A stretch of DNA of 64,000 bases. It comes from Paracoccaceae bacterium. Lineage in GTDB: Bacteria; Pseudomonadota; Alphaproteobacteria; Rhodobacterales; Rhodobacteraceae. The stretch covers positions 5,690-69,689 of the forward strand of contig JAQWSE010000007.1 of the NCBI GenBank assembly GCA_029243395.1. Direction: 5' to 3'. A program made the translations under genes and the position numbers. The notes under the pieces were generated by a model. It was not told the origin of the DNA. It saw only the letters and a program-made list of their open reading frames with translations, and made no database searches. Below are positions 1 to 11,080 of the stretch, piece after piece (position 1 is the first letter of the stretch; every line of letters starts with the position of its first letter).

Positions 1-2358
1 GTCTTCAGCACAGGCTTGTAGAAATCTTTCTAGTCTTGCCGAAGAATGTTCAGGCCCCTGTCCTTCGTAACCATGGGGAAGTAGCATAACAAGCCCTGAC
101 ATTCGCAGCCATTTCTTTTCCCCAGAAGCAATAAATTGGTCTATCATAATTTGGGCCCCGTTTGTAAAATCTCCAAATTGGGCTTCCCAAATAGTTAAGG
201 AATTTGGTTCAGCAAGTGAGTAACCATATTCGTAACCTAAAACTGCATATTCTGATAGCATAGAATCTATGACTTCATATTTAGCTTGGCTACTAGAAAT
301 ATTGTTTAAAGGGTAAAATCTTTCCTCAGTAGATTGGTCTATAACAGCACTGTGACGATGACTAAAGGTTCCTCTGGTGCAATCTTGACCAGACAAACGT
401 ACTGGATAACCTTCAAGTAATAATGATCCAAAAGCCAAAGCTTCACCAGTAGCCCAGTCAATATTTTTACCTGACTCTAAATGAATTTTTTTATTGTCAA
501 GCATTCTTCGTACAGTTTTGTGCGCAGCAAGATTCTTTGGAATTTTTGTTAGAGCCTTTCCAACAGTATCAAACTTTTTCTCTGATATGGAAGTTTGACC
601 TCTTTGATATTGGCCATTCTTAACAACTGCTTCTTTTGAATATTTTCCTAAGCCAGACCACCGACCATCTAACCAATCGGCTTTATTGGGTTTGTAACTT
701 TTTGAATTATCAAATTCTGCTGTTAAGAATTCTTGAAAACCCATTTTCAGATCCTCTATCTCACCCTTTGGAATTAAGTCTTCAGAAATTAATTTATCTG
801 AATATAGCTGTAGTGTTGTTTTATGTTTTTTTATTTTTGAGTACATTTTTGGTTGAGTAAACATAGGCTCATCGCCTTCATTGTGGCCGAAACGTCTATA
901 GCAAAACACATCAATCACAACATCTTTATGGAACTTTTGACGGAATTCTGTTGCTACTTTAGCCGCATGAACTACCGCTTCAGGATCATCTCCATTCACG
1001 TGAAATATAGGAGCTTCAACCATTAATGCTATGTCAGTTGGATATGGAGAAGATCTAGAATTGTGTGGAGCAGTTGTAAAACCAATCTGATTATTCACAA
1101 CAAGATGTATAGTTCCACCAGTTTTATGCCCTTTAAGTCCTGAAAGTCCAAAACATTCAGAAATAATGCCTTGACCTGCAAATGCAGCATCTCCATGCAG
1201 AAGAATAGGTAACACTTTGGTTCTTTCTTCATCACCGATTTGAAATTGCTTTGCCCGCACCTTTCCTAAAACAACGGGGTTAACTGCCTCTAGGTGGCTT
1301 GGATTTGCAGTAAGTGACAAATGCACTTTATTTCCATCAAATTCTCGATCGGAAGATGCTCCAAGATGGTATTTGACATCACCTGAACCTTCTACTTCCT
1401 CGGGTTTATAGCTTCCTCCTTGGAATTCATTAAAAATAGCTCGAAGAGGTTTTCCCATTACATTAGCTAGAACTGATAGCCTACCTCTATGGGGCATACC
1501 TATCACAATGTCCCTTACGCCAAGCATCCCACCTCTCTTGATAATTTGCTCCATGGCCGGTATTACAGACTCCCCACCGTCCAAACCAAATCTTTTCGTT
1601 CCCATATATTTGATATGCAGAAATTTCTCGAAACCTTCAGCCTCTATCAACTTGTTAAGGATTGCTTTTCTTCCTTTTTTAGTAAATTCAATTTCTTTCC
1701 CTAAACCTTCGATACGCTCCTTCAACCATGCAGATTGCTCGGGATCAGATAAGTGCATATATTGGAGTGCGAAAGTACCGCAGTAAGTTCTTTTAACTAT
1801 GGCAGAAATCTCATTCATAGTAGCTTCTTGAAGGCCTAGGACGTTATCGAGAAATATTGGTCGGTCCATGTCTTGTTCAGTGAATCCATAGGTTTTTGGA
1901 TCCAGAGCGGGTTCTAATGTTTCAGAACCCTGAGTTGACAAGGGGTCCAAATTAGCAGCTAAGTGTCCCCTTACACGATAAGCTCGGATAAACATCAATG
2001 CTCTAATGCTATCCAATACCGTCCTCTTAACTGAAGTGCTTTGGATTCCTTGATTTTTCGCTGGTTTTTTCTCTATCTCACTGGCTTGCACTCTACTCCA
2101 TTGACCATCGAAGGCAGCAATTTCTTCTTCTGTATTCGGTGGTGGCCAATCCTCTCTTGACCATGTGGGACGCATTTGAGTATTTTGATCTCCTTTTTTT
2201 GTAAGATGATCAGAAAACATTTCAAAATATGAAGCCCAATAAGGGTCTAAAGAACTTGGATTTACCAAGAAAGTTTCATACATATGTTCAATAAATTGGA
2301 TGCTATTTGAGTCGGGTAAAGACTCTAGATCAATTTCTTTGCTAACTATCTTGTCCAT
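1..2358 (-). CDS. sucA: 2-oxoglutarate dehydrogenase E1 component, partial (C-terminal end runs off the window start)
   Basis: Absent from the ORF track because it is open to the window edge. Hand translation from the ATG at 2358-2356 gives [45 protein letters not shown]. Hand translation of 213-1 in the same frame gives [71 protein letters not shown], the classic E1o conserved block. It lies downstream of sucCD. Confidence 0.9.
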   Translation of the reverse strand, partial: [786 protein letters not shown]

Positions 2359-2389
2359 TTTTTATTAACCTAGATTCTATAAGACTATG

Positions 2390-3283
2390 CTAAGACTTAA
2401 CATTTTCTATTGCAGACTTTACTGCCTCACCAAGCTCCCCAGGGCTTTCGGTTACAACGATGCCAGCAGATCGCATAGCTTCAATTTTGTCTGCAGCACC
2501 GCCTTTACCTCCTGCGACGATTGCTCCGGCGTGACCCATCCTTCTCCCTGGCGGTGCAGTTACACCGGCTATAAACCCGGCAATGGGTTTTGATCTCCCT
2601 CGTTTTCTTTCATCCGTTATAAATTGTGCAGCTTCTTCTTCAGCTGTTCCACCAATTTCTCCTATTAGTATAATGCTTTCAGTACATGGATCAGCCAAGA
2701 ATAATTCTAGTACATCTATATGTTCGGTTCCTTTAATTGGATCACCTCCAATACCCACACACGTTGATTGTCCAAAACCTATTTCGGTTGTCTGAGCTAC
2801 TGCTTCATATGTTAGGGTCCCTGACCTAGAAACCACACCAACATTTCCTTCTTTATGTATATGACCAGGCATAATGCCAATTTTACAGCCACCTGGAGTA
2901 ATCACCCCTGGGCAATTTGGCCCTACTAAACGGGACTTGGATCCTTGTAGGGCCCTTTTCACTTTAAGCATATCTAGGACTGGAATACCCTCTGTAATGC
3001 AGACTATAAGTCCTATTTCTGAATCAATAGCTTCTAGGATTGCATCGGCGGCAAAAGGAGGGGGCACATAGATTACTGTTGCATCGGCCTTGGTTTTGGT
3101 TTTTGCGTCAAAGACGGTATCAAATACTGGAAGGTTTAAGTGGGTTTCGCCTCCTTTTCCGGGGGTCACCCCTCCGACCATTTTAGTCCCGTAATCTATA
3201 GCCTGTTCTGAGTGAAAGGTGCCCTGAGATCCTGTGAATCCTTGGCATATTACTCGTGTATTCTTATCAATCAGGATGGACAT
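2390..3283 (-). CDS. sucD: succinyl-CoA synthetase alpha subunit
   Basis: 297 aa. Contains [34 protein letters not shown] and the phosphohistidine loop [10 protein letters not shown]. It starts 4 nt after sucC. Confidence 0.97.
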   Translation of the reverse strand: MSILIDKNTRVICQGFTGSQGTFHSEQAIDYGTKMVGGVTPGKGGETHLNLPVFDTVFDAKTKTKADATVIYVPPPFAADAILEAIDSEIGLIVCITEGIPVLDMLKVKRALQGSKSRLVGPNCPGVITPGGCKIGIMPGHIHKEGNVGVVSRSGTLTYEAVAQTTEIGFGQSTCVGIGGDPIKGTEHIDVLELFLADPCTESIILIGEIGGTAEEEAAQFITDERKRGRSKPIAGFIAGVTAPPGRRMGHAGAIVAGGKGGAADKIEAMRSAGIVVTESPGELGEAVKSAIENVKS

Positions 3284-3287
3284 TTCT

Positions 3288-4481
3288 TTAACCTTTCACT
3301 GCTGCAACGATTTTTCTGGCGGCATCTGAAAGATTATCTGCAGCAATAACATTTAACTCACTATCATTAATAATTTTCTTGCCACTATCTACGTTTGTAC
3401 CTTCGAGTCTTACCACAAGTGGAACTTTTAGGCCTATATTTTTTACGGCCTCCACAACTCCTTCAGCTATTACGTCACACCGCATAATACCCCCAAAAAT
3501 GTTGACAAGTATTCCTTTAACATTCTTGTCAGAAGTTATGATCTTAAAGGCTTCAGTAACTTTTTCTTTGGTTGCTCCACCTCCAACATCGAGGAAGTTA
3601 GCAGGCTCTGATCCAAATAATTTTATAATATCCATTGTAGCCATGGCCAGACCGGCCCCATTAACCATACAGCCGATTTCCCCATCTAAGGCAATATAGT
3701 TAAGGTCAAATTTTGAAGCCGCTAATTCCTTTGGATCTTCTTCTGTTTCATCATGAAATGCTAAAACCGCTGGTTGCCTATACATAGCATTGCTATCAAA
3801 CCCCATCTTGCAGTCCAAACATAGAAGCGTCCCTTCTTTCGTTAAAATTAGAGGATTAATTTCTAACATTTCACAATCTTTTTCTGTAAATAATTGAAAG
3901 AGGGTTTGAACTAGTTTAACACATTCTTTGATTTGCTTGCCTTTAAGACCTAGGGCGAAGGCGATCCGACGGCCATGAAAACCAGAAAGGCCCGATGCAG
4001 GATCGACAGCGAAAGATAGTATACGTTCAGGTGTCTTGGCGGCCACCTCTTCAATATCCATGCCGCCATCTTTTGAAGCTACAAATGCAATCCGTGAAGT
4101 TGCTCTATCAATTAAAATTGCTAAGTAAAACTCACTTTCTATTTCACATCCCTCTTCTATATAAACCCTACCAACCTGTTTCCCTGCGGGCCCTGTTTGT
4201 TTAGTTACAAGCGTTCGTCCAAGTATTTTTTGGGCTTGTTCGGCGGCATCAGAAGCTGATGCGGCTAATCTAACGCCTCCTTTTTTTCCAGCACTTTCTT
4301 CTATAAAGGTACCCTTCCCTCGCCCACCAGCGTGTATTTGCGCCTTAATCACCCATAAAGGACCATCCAGTTCGCCAGCAGCAGTTTTGGCTTCTTCAGC
4401 CCTTAAGACAATTCTTCCGTCTAAAACGGGTGCACCATAGTCTCTTAGAAATTGTTTAGCTTGGTATTCATGAATATTCAT
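3288..4481 (-). CDS. sucC: succinyl-CoA synthetase beta subunit
   Basis: The ORF is open to 4517, but the canonical N-terminus [10 protein letters not shown] begins at 4481. Also carries the ATP-grasp motif [11 protein letters not shown]. Confidence 0.96.
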   Translation of the reverse strand: MNIHEYQAKQFLRDYGAPVLDGRIVLRAEEAKTAAGELDGPLWVIKAQIHAGGRGKGTFIEESAGKKGGVRLAASASDAAEQAQKILGRTLVTKQTGPAGKQVGRVYIEEGCEIESEFYLAILIDRATSRIAFVASKDGGMDIEEVAAKTPERILSFAVDPASGLSGFHGRRIAFALGLKGKQIKECVKLVQTLFQLFTEKDCEMLEINPLILTKEGTLLCLDCKMGFDSNAMYRQPAVLAFHDETEEDPKELAASKFDLNYIALDGEIGCMVNGAGLAMATMDIIKLFGSEPANFLDVGGGATKEKVTEAFKIITSDKNVKGILVNIFGGIMRCDVIAEGVVEAVKNIGLKVPLVVRLEGTNVDSGKKIINDSELNVIAADNLSDAARKIVAAVKG

Positions 4482-4611
4482 TATATCTTGTTCCACTAAT
4501 GTTTTGAAATTCAACAACTTTAGAATCTTTTAGTCAGAATGAGATTGGCACGTTCAGAGAAATATTGAAGCACTTTTTTTCCTAGGAAGCTATAATTAAG
4601 AAATTAATAGC

Positions 4612-4646
4612 TTTTGTGATCACAAAAAATAATATTGTGATCACAA
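4612..4646. promoter_or_regulatory. tandem perfect palindromes (putative paired operator) in the mdh-sucC spacer
   Basis: 4612-4627 is TTTTGTGATCACAAAA (16-bp perfect palindrome). 4635-4646 is TTGTGATCACAA (12-bp perfect palindrome). Their centres are 21 bp apart. The sequence is certain; the function is inferred. Confidence 0.45.
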
Positions 4647-4672
4647 ATAGGCGTACTAGTGACTTTTATCTC

Positions 4673-5635
<963 letters not shown>

Positions 5636-5815
5636 CTATTATATCCTATTAAAAATGTTACTTCTCCATAATCTAGTATCTAATGTAGTAGAAAGGTCAA
5701 CCATATTGATCCACAAATGATTTTGCTATATTATGACTATCGTCAAATTGATGTCTCAGTGAACTTGGTAAAGGTTGTGAATGACATAATTTAGGTTCTA
5801 TTCTCATATAAGGTT

Positions 5816-6382
5816 TTGAACATGATCTGGCTAATCATAGGATTAATATTTTTTTTTGGGGCTCATTTGCAGAGAAGATTACTTCCCGAAATAAGGATAA
5901 GACTCAATAATCAATTAGGTGAAAATAGAGTAAAGGGGCTTATTGCCTTAATGTCCGTTATAGGCATGGCTTTTATCATTCTAGGATTCAGGTTATCCAA
6001 TTCAATCCCTCTTTATGATTTAGGATCATTAGGATTATTATTGAATAATATTTTAATGATGATGGCGGTAGCATTATTGGGGTTAGGGCACTCTAAGAGT
6101 CGGGTTAGGAGACTTGTAAGACATCCTATGCTTCTTAGTATAATTTTTTGGTCGGCAAGCCATTTATTAGCAAACGGAGATTTAACTTCGGTTATCCTTT
6201 TTCTGAGTTTTGGCTTGTGGGCGTTATCAGAGATAATATTAATAAATAAGGTCAACAGTAATTACCAACCATTTACTAATGGAACTTTAAAAGGGGATAT
6301 AAGGTTTATAATAATTGCTATTTTAGCTTACTTTATGATTTCTATGGTCCATCTTTATTTGGGAGTTCATCCATTTTTTTAA
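5816..6382 (+). CDS. NnrU family membrane protein
   Basis: 188 aa polytopic membrane protein. The blocks GAHLQRRLLP, VRHPMLLSIIFWSASHLLANGDL and LWALSEIILINK match my memory of the NnrU family. The real start may be the ATG at 5822. Confidence 0.7.
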   Translation: MNMIWLIIGLIFFFGAHLQRRLLPEIRIRLNNQLGENRVKGLIALMSVIGMAFIILGFRLSNSIPLYDLGSLGLLLNNILMMMAVALLGLGHSKSRVRRLVRHPMLLSIIFWSASHLLANGDLTSVILFLSFGLWALSEIILINKVNSNYQPFTNGTLKGDIRFIIIAILAYFMISMVHLYLGVHPFF

Positions 6383-6561
6383 GATATTCAAGAATTTGTG
6401 ATTGCTTAAGAAATTAGTTTCACAGAGTCACTACTCAAAGCTGTTAAGTTCTTGGGTGACAATCACGCACATTATCGTTAGGCTTTATCAAAATTATCTC
6501 TTGACCAAAAATCAAGTTCTAGCTAACGACTTTTAAGCAAGATTAAAGAGTTAAAATATAA

Positions 6562-6954
6562 ATGACAAAAGATCCACAAAATCGCCCCCTTTCTCCACAC
6601 TTAACAATATATAGACCACAGTTGAATTCGGTACTATCCATAATGCACCGTATCGCAGGAATAGTTCTCTTCTTTGGATTATTATTACTAATTTTTTGGT
6701 TTTTCTCAATGTCAGTGGGTCAGGCTAGTTTTGATTTGTTTAGTGCACTGATTAATTCTCTGATTGGGAGATTGATTTTATTAGGCTCTTTATGTGCTCT
6801 TTGGTATCATTTCTTTTCAGGAGTAAGACACCTTTTCTGGGATGTTGGAATAGGCTTTGGTTTGGAATGGGTTCAGAGGTCTTCGTATGCCGTTCTTATA
6901 GCTACAATATGTTTAATAATTCTTACTCTCCTAATCGGAGTGTTTATAGGATGA
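6562..6954 (+). CDS. sdhC: succinate dehydrogenase cytochrome b556 subunit
   Basis: 130 aa. Contains RPLSPHLTIYRPQLNSVLSIMHRIAGI and three TM helices. First gene of the sdhCDAB cluster. Confidence 0.92.
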   Translation: MTKDPQNRPLSPHLTIYRPQLNSVLSIMHRIAGIVLFFGLLLLIFWFFSMSVGQASFDLFSALINSLIGRLILLGSLCALWYHFFSGVRHLFWDVGIGFGLEWVQRSSYAVLIATICLIILTLLIGVFIG

Positions 6955-7334
6955 TGTTCAGATCCTTAAGAGGACTTAGGGGGCAATCCCATAAAGGAGT
7001 GGAGAGTACTAATCACTGGATAAGCCAAAGATTTACTTCCATATTGTTGATCCCTTTATCCATTCTTTTTGTAGTCAATTTTGTTACGGTTTTTGATAAG
7101 CCCTTCACAGAGGTGCTTAAAACATTTCAACATCCGGTTAATAATCTTGTAGCGTTACTATTTATTCTAATAAGCTTGTGGCATTATCGCCAGGGCATAG
7201 AAGTTGTCATCGAAGATTATGTGCATGACTTGGGAATAAGGAAACTCACCTTAAGACTTATAGGGATTATGTGTTGGTTTCTTGTTATAGTAGTAATATT
7301 TTCTTTTGTAAGTATATACAGAATGGAAATTTAG
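6951..7334 (+). CDS. sdhD: succinate dehydrogenase hydrophobic membrane anchor subunit
   Basis: The track ORF starts at 6792 inside sdhC. The in-frame ATG at 6951 overlaps the sdhC stop (ATGA) and gives a 127-aa protein with HWISQRFTSILLIPL and WHYRQGIEVVIEDYVH. Confidence 0.88.
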   Translation: MMFRSLRGLRGQSHKGVESTNHWISQRFTSILLIPLSILFVVNFVTVFDKPFTEVLKTFQHPVNNLVALLFILISLWHYRQGIEVVIEDYVHDLGIRKLTLRLIGIMCWFLVIVVIFSFVSIYRMEI

Positions 7335-7343
7335 GAGAAGAAA

Positions 7344-9152
7344 ATGGGTTCCTATAACTATGTAGACCATACTTATGACGTTGTAGTGGTCGGATCTGGC
7401 GGATCAGGCCTTAGGGCAACCCTTGGAATGGCTGAACAGGGATTTAAGACAGCTTGTGTCACCAAAGTATTTCCAACTAGAAGCCATACGGTTGCTGCTC
7501 AGGGAGGAATAGCAGCTTCGTTATCGAACATGGGTCCTGATCATTGGCATTGGCACATGTATGACACTGTAAAGGGTTCTGACTGGCTAGGTGACGTGGA
7601 TGCTATGGAATATTTGGCCAGGGAGGCTCCAAAGGCGGTCTATGAGCTAGAACATTATGGGGTACCTTTTTCCAGAACTGAAGATGGAAAGATTTATCAG
7701 CGACCATTTGGGGGCCACACTACTGAATTTGGAGAGGGCCCTCCAGTTCAGCGAACTTGTGCAGCAGCAGATCGTACAGGACATGCTATTTTGCACACTC
7801 TTTATGGACAATCTTTAAAGAACAATGCTGAATTTTTTATAGAATATTACGCGATAGATTTAATTATGACCGAAGATGGGGTTTGCCAAGGGATAATGGC
7901 TTGGAAATTAGACGATGGTACAATACATCGCTTTAATGCAAAAATGGTTGTATTAGCCACAGGAGGATACGGAAGGGCTTATTTTTCAGCCACTTCTGCA
8001 CACACTTGTACAGGTGATGGAAATGGGATGGTGGCGAGGCAGAACTTACCTTTACAAGATATGGAGTTTGTTCAATTTCATCCTACAGGTATTTATGGAG
8101 CCGGTTGTTTGATTACTGAGGGTGCTCGTGGTGAGGGAGGTTACCTAACTAACTCCGAAGGAGAGCGTTTCATGGAACGTTATGCTCCAACATATAAAGA
8201 TCTTGCAAGTAGGGATGTAGTTTCTAGATGCATGACAATTGAGATTAGAGAAGGTAGGGGAGTTGGAGATCGACGTGATCATATTCATTTGCATTTGGAT
8301 CACTTACCTGTAGACACCCTTGCTGAAAGACTTCCAGGAATTTCTGAAAGTGCCAGAATATTTGCAGGAGTAGATTTGACAAAGGAACCAATACCAGTTT
8401 TACCAACGGTACACTATAATATGGGAGGCGTTCCGACCAATTATTGGGGAGAAGTTTTAAATCCTACATCTGAAGATGAAGATCTGGTGCAACCTGGTCT
8501 GATGGCGGTTGGGGAAGCAGGTTGTGCTTCTGTACATGGTGCCAATAGGCTTGGTTCCAACAGTTTAATTGATTTAGTTGTTTTTGGACGAGCAGCTGCA
8601 ATTCGAGCTAAGGCTGTCATCGAAACAAAAAACTCTAATAGGCAATTGAACTTGAATTCCTGTGATCAAGCGATGGATAGGTTTGATAAACTTCGCCATG
8701 CTCATGGAGGAACAACAACTGCAGAATTGCGACAAAAAATGCAGAGAGTGATGCAAGAAGATGCAGCGGTATTTAGGTCTAAGCAGACTCTAGCTGAGGG
8801 TTGTAAAAAAATGGAAGATGTAGCTATGGGGTTGGATGATTTGTCCGTTAAAGATCGTTCATTGATTTGGAATTCCGATTTGATGGAGACACTGGAGCTT
8901 ACCAATCTTATGCCAAATGCAATGACGACTATCTTTTCAGCGGAGGCAAGGCAAGAGAGTAGAGGAGCACATGCCCATGAGGATTTCCCGGATAGAGATG
9001 ATGTGAAATGGCGCAAGCATACTCTTGCTTCGGTAGATGAAGAATGTAAGGTTTCGCTAAGTTATAGAAGTGTTCATACTAAGCCTCTTTCCAAGGAATC
9101 TGAAGGCGGGATAAATACTAACAAGATTGCTCCAAAAGCCCGGGTCTATTAG
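7344..9152 (+). CDS. sdhA: succinate dehydrogenase flavoprotein subunit
   Basis: 602 aa. Contains [13 protein letters not shown] and the covalent-FAD histidine context [11 protein letters not shown], with conservation along the whole length. Confidence 0.98.
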   Translation: MGSYNYVDHTYDVVVVGSGGSGLRATLGMAEQGFKTACVTKVFPTRSHTVAAQGGIAASLSNMGPDHWHWHMYDTVKGSDWLGDVDAMEYLAREAPKAVYELEHYGVPFSRTEDGKIYQRPFGGHTTEFGEGPPVQRTCAAADRTGHAILHTLYGQSLKNNAEFFIEYYAIDLIMTEDGVCQGIMAWKLDDGTIHRFNAKMVVLATGGYGRAYFSATSAHTCTGDGNGMVARQNLPLQDMEFVQFHPTGIYGAGCLITEGARGEGGYLTNSEGERFMERYAPTYKDLASRDVVSRCMTIEIREGRGVGDRRDHIHLHLDHLPVDTLAERLPGISESARIFAGVDLTKEPIPVLPTVHYNMGGVPTNYWGEVLNPTSEDEDLVQPGLMAVGEAGCASVHGANRLGSNSLIDLVVFGRAAAIRAKAVIETKNSNRQLNLNSCDQAMDRFDKLRHAHGGTTTAELRQKMQRVMQEDAAVFRSKQTLAEGCKKMEDVAMGLDDLSVKDRSLIWNSDLMETLELTNLMPNAMTTIFSAEARQESRGAHAHEDFPDRDDVKWRKHTLASVDEECKVSLSYRSVHTKPLSKESEGGINTNKIAPKARVY

Positions 9153-9154
9153 AG

Positions 9155-9427
9155 ATGGAAATACAGAAGGTTTGTTTAAGTTTTTTTCTATTTTTAGTGC
9201 TCTTAGGAGGATGTGCAACAAATGATGCTAAACCCTTATCTGAAGCGGAAATAGACAGCATTTGCAAAAAGAAAAAGTTGGAAGCTTCAAAACCAATGAC
9301 AAATGTCTCCTTAGCGACGGGAAGTGAAGGACCAAAGTATGAGATAGGCATCACGGTGAGCAGTGACTTTATTGCAGGAAGAGACCAGGAAGAAGTTTAC
9401 AAGGATTGCAAGTTATCTTTAAGCTAA
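9155..9427 (+). CDS. small predicted lipoprotein of unknown function, inside the sdh cluster
   Basis: 90 aa. Hydrophobic signal peptide ending in the lipobox LLGGC, plus two further Cys. It starts 2 nt after the sdhA stop and ends 42 nt before sdhB. I recognise no family. Confidence 0.55.
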   Translation: MEIQKVCLSFFLFLVLLGGCATNDAKPLSEAEIDSICKKKKLEASKPMTNVSLATGSEGPKYEIGITVSSDFIAGRDQEEVYKDCKLSLS

Positions 9428-9469
9428 TTTAAATAGTGTAGAATGTGTAAGTAACGCAGAGGTTATTAT

Positions 9470-10264
9470 ATGGTTGAGTTAAGGTTACCTAAAAATTCAA
9501 GAATCTCCTCAAGCGGTAAAGAGTGGGAAGCAATTGGTAAATCCAAAATTACCAGACCTTTTAGAATTTATCGTTATGATCCTGACACGCAGAATAATCC
9601 AAGGATTGATACCTATCATGTGGATGTTGAGGCATGTGGACCCATGATTTTAGATGCTTTAATTTTCATAAAGGATCATATTGATCCGACTCTGACTTTC
9701 AGGAGATCTTGTAGAGAAGGTATATGTGGTTCATGTGCAATGAACATCGATGGGGTGAATACCTTAGCCTGCACACGTGGTTTGAGTGAAATAAAAGGTG
9801 ACGTCCGCATATATCCCCTTCCCCATATGCCAGTGATTAAAGATCTAATCCCCGATTTGACAAACTTCTATGCTCAGCATGCCAGTATCATGCCTTGGTT
9901 GGAAACAAAAACCATGGCGCCCGTCAAGGAATGGAAGCAATCGATTGAAGACAGGAAGAAACTTGATGATTTATACGAGTGTGTAATGTGTGCATGCTGT
10001 TCAACCTCATGCCCCAGCTATTGGTGGAATAGTGAAAAATATTTAGGCCCGGCTGCACTACTCCATGCTTACAGGTGGTTAGTTGATAGTCGAGATGAAA
10101 ATCGAAATGAGAGATTGGATCAACTGGAAGATTCTTTTAAATTGTACAGATGTCACACGATTATGAATTGTACTCGAACATGTCCAAAAAACCTTAATCC
10201 GGCAAAGGCGATTGCTGAGATCAAAAAAATGATGGTTAAAAAAAGATCCGGTAAGATAACTTAA
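9470..10264 (+). CDS. sdhB: succinate dehydrogenase iron-sulfur subunit
   Basis: 264 aa. Three Cys clusters: [31 protein letters not shown] and [17 protein letters not shown]. Confidence 0.98.
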   Translation: MVELRLPKNSRISSSGKEWEAIGKSKITRPFRIYRYDPDTQNNPRIDTYHVDVEACGPMILDALIFIKDHIDPTLTFRRSCREGICGSCAMNIDGVNTLACTRGLSEIKGDVRIYPLPHMPVIKDLIPDLTNFYAQHASIMPWLETKTMAPVKEWKQSIEDRKKLDDLYECVMCACCSTSCPSYWWNSEKYLGPAALLHAYRWLVDSRDENRNERLDQLEDSFKLYRCHTIMNCTRTCPKNLNPAKAIAEIKKMMVKKRSGKIT

Positions 10265-10293
10265 AAAGATTTGTCATAAATTACTAAAGAAAT

Positions 10294-11076
10294 TTAGTAA
10301 GCTTTTCTGCTAAAAATAATAGACGCGGCCCAGCCAAAGCCTATAGCTAAAAATATGGCAAGCAAGCCATACACTGCCGGGTTTTTATGTGCTAAATAAT
10401 TAATCCATTGCTCAAGTCCAACTTTTTTAACGAAGATTATATCCTCTTGGGTAGCTAGGACTTCTTTGAACCTTATTAGATGAATTCTTACCAAATAGTT
10501 TCCTTCCACAAGATCTGTGGGGAGATCAATTTCCGTAGAAAAAAGAGTGTTTTCAAGGAATATAATGGGTTTAGATTCCTGCTTATATGTAGTTTTCGAT
10601 TTTCCCGTCAATGCTATTTTTGAAAGTATGTTATCATCAATAGCAAGATTTTCGGATGCTTTTATTTGCTCAAAGAGACCAATTTTGTTTTCTTTTTTTG
10701 CTTTTTTTTCAACAATTTTTTCAAGCGGTTTTGTTCCTGAAATTGAATAAAAACTTGGTATGGAATTAAAGGATTGGATTTTTTTATTTATCCAAAAACC
10801 ATAAAGTCTTTCTTTCTTAAAAAAATCTAGTGAAACTGGAGGTCCAATCACTTCTATCATAATATCAAATGGCGGTTGATCTATGGAAGCATTTTGGCTG
10901 AAACCTCTTTTTACGGCACCAAATATGTGGAATTTACTTCCTGAGAAATTCACGTTAATGGAAATAATTTTTTTACTCAGATCCGTAACCAAAGTAGGGG
11001 GCACATTGGTTCCTAAGGCTGGATAAAATCCAATTTGATAAAAAAGAAATGACAGAAAAAGCATCAATCCTCTCAT
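10294..11076 (-). CDS. TIGR02186 / Alph_Pro_TM family membrane protein (function unknown)
   Basis: N-terminal signal/TM segment and C-terminal TM segment (YGLLAIFLAIGFGWAASIIF). It follows a TauE/SafE gene, the usual partner of this alphaproteobacterial family. The start is most likely MRGLMLFLS at 11076; the track ORF extends to 11124 and overlaps the upstream gene. Confidence 0.6.
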   Translation of the reverse strand: MRGLMLFLSFLFYQIGFYPALGTNVPPTLVTDLSKKIISINVNFSGSKFHIFGAVKRGFSQNASIDQPPFDIMIEVIGPPVSLDFFKKERLYGFWINKKIQSFNSIPSFYSISGTKPLEKIVEKKAKKENKIGLFEQIKASENLAIDDNILSKIALTGKSKTTYKQESKPIIFLENTLFSTEIDLPTDLVEGNYLVRIHLIRFKEVLATQEDIIFVKKVGLEQWINYLAHKNPAVYGLLAIFLAIGFGWAASIIFSRKAY

Positions 11077-11080
11077 AATT

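Noticed and set aside
5707-5715. A DnaA-box-like TGATCCACA in the mdh/nnrU spacer.
   Set aside because: It is a single one-mismatch copy with no cluster, no adjacent AT-rich unwinding element arrangement, and no dnaA or dnaN nearby.
6500-6516. An FNR/CRP-like inverted repeat, CTTGA-N7-TCAAG, about 50 nt upstream of sdhC.
   Set aside because: The spacing is TTGA-N7-TCAA, whereas FNR-type sites are TTGA-N6-TCAA. A one-nucleotide spacing error normally abolishes binding, and the arms are short and AT-rich.
6792-6950. An N-terminal extension of about 53 aa on sdhD in the ORF track, lying inside sdhC.
   Set aside because: The extension overlaps sdhC out of frame and is not SdhD-like. The ATG at 6951 forms an ATGA overlap with the sdhC stop and gives a normal 127-aa anchor subunit.
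9155-9427. The possibility that the 90-aa ORF in the sdh cluster is the flavinylation factor SdhE, which has a similar size.
   Set aside because: It has a signal peptide with a lipobox, so it is predicted to be exported, and it lacks the RGxxE motif. It is kept as an unknown lipoprotein instead.
10281-10300. A hairpin, TTACTAAA-GAAA-TTTAGTAA, between convergent sdhB and the TIGR02186 gene. It could be a bidirectional terminator.
   Set aside because: The 8-bp stem has a single GC pair, overlaps the stop codon of the minus-strand gene, and has only a short T-run. It is too weak to call.
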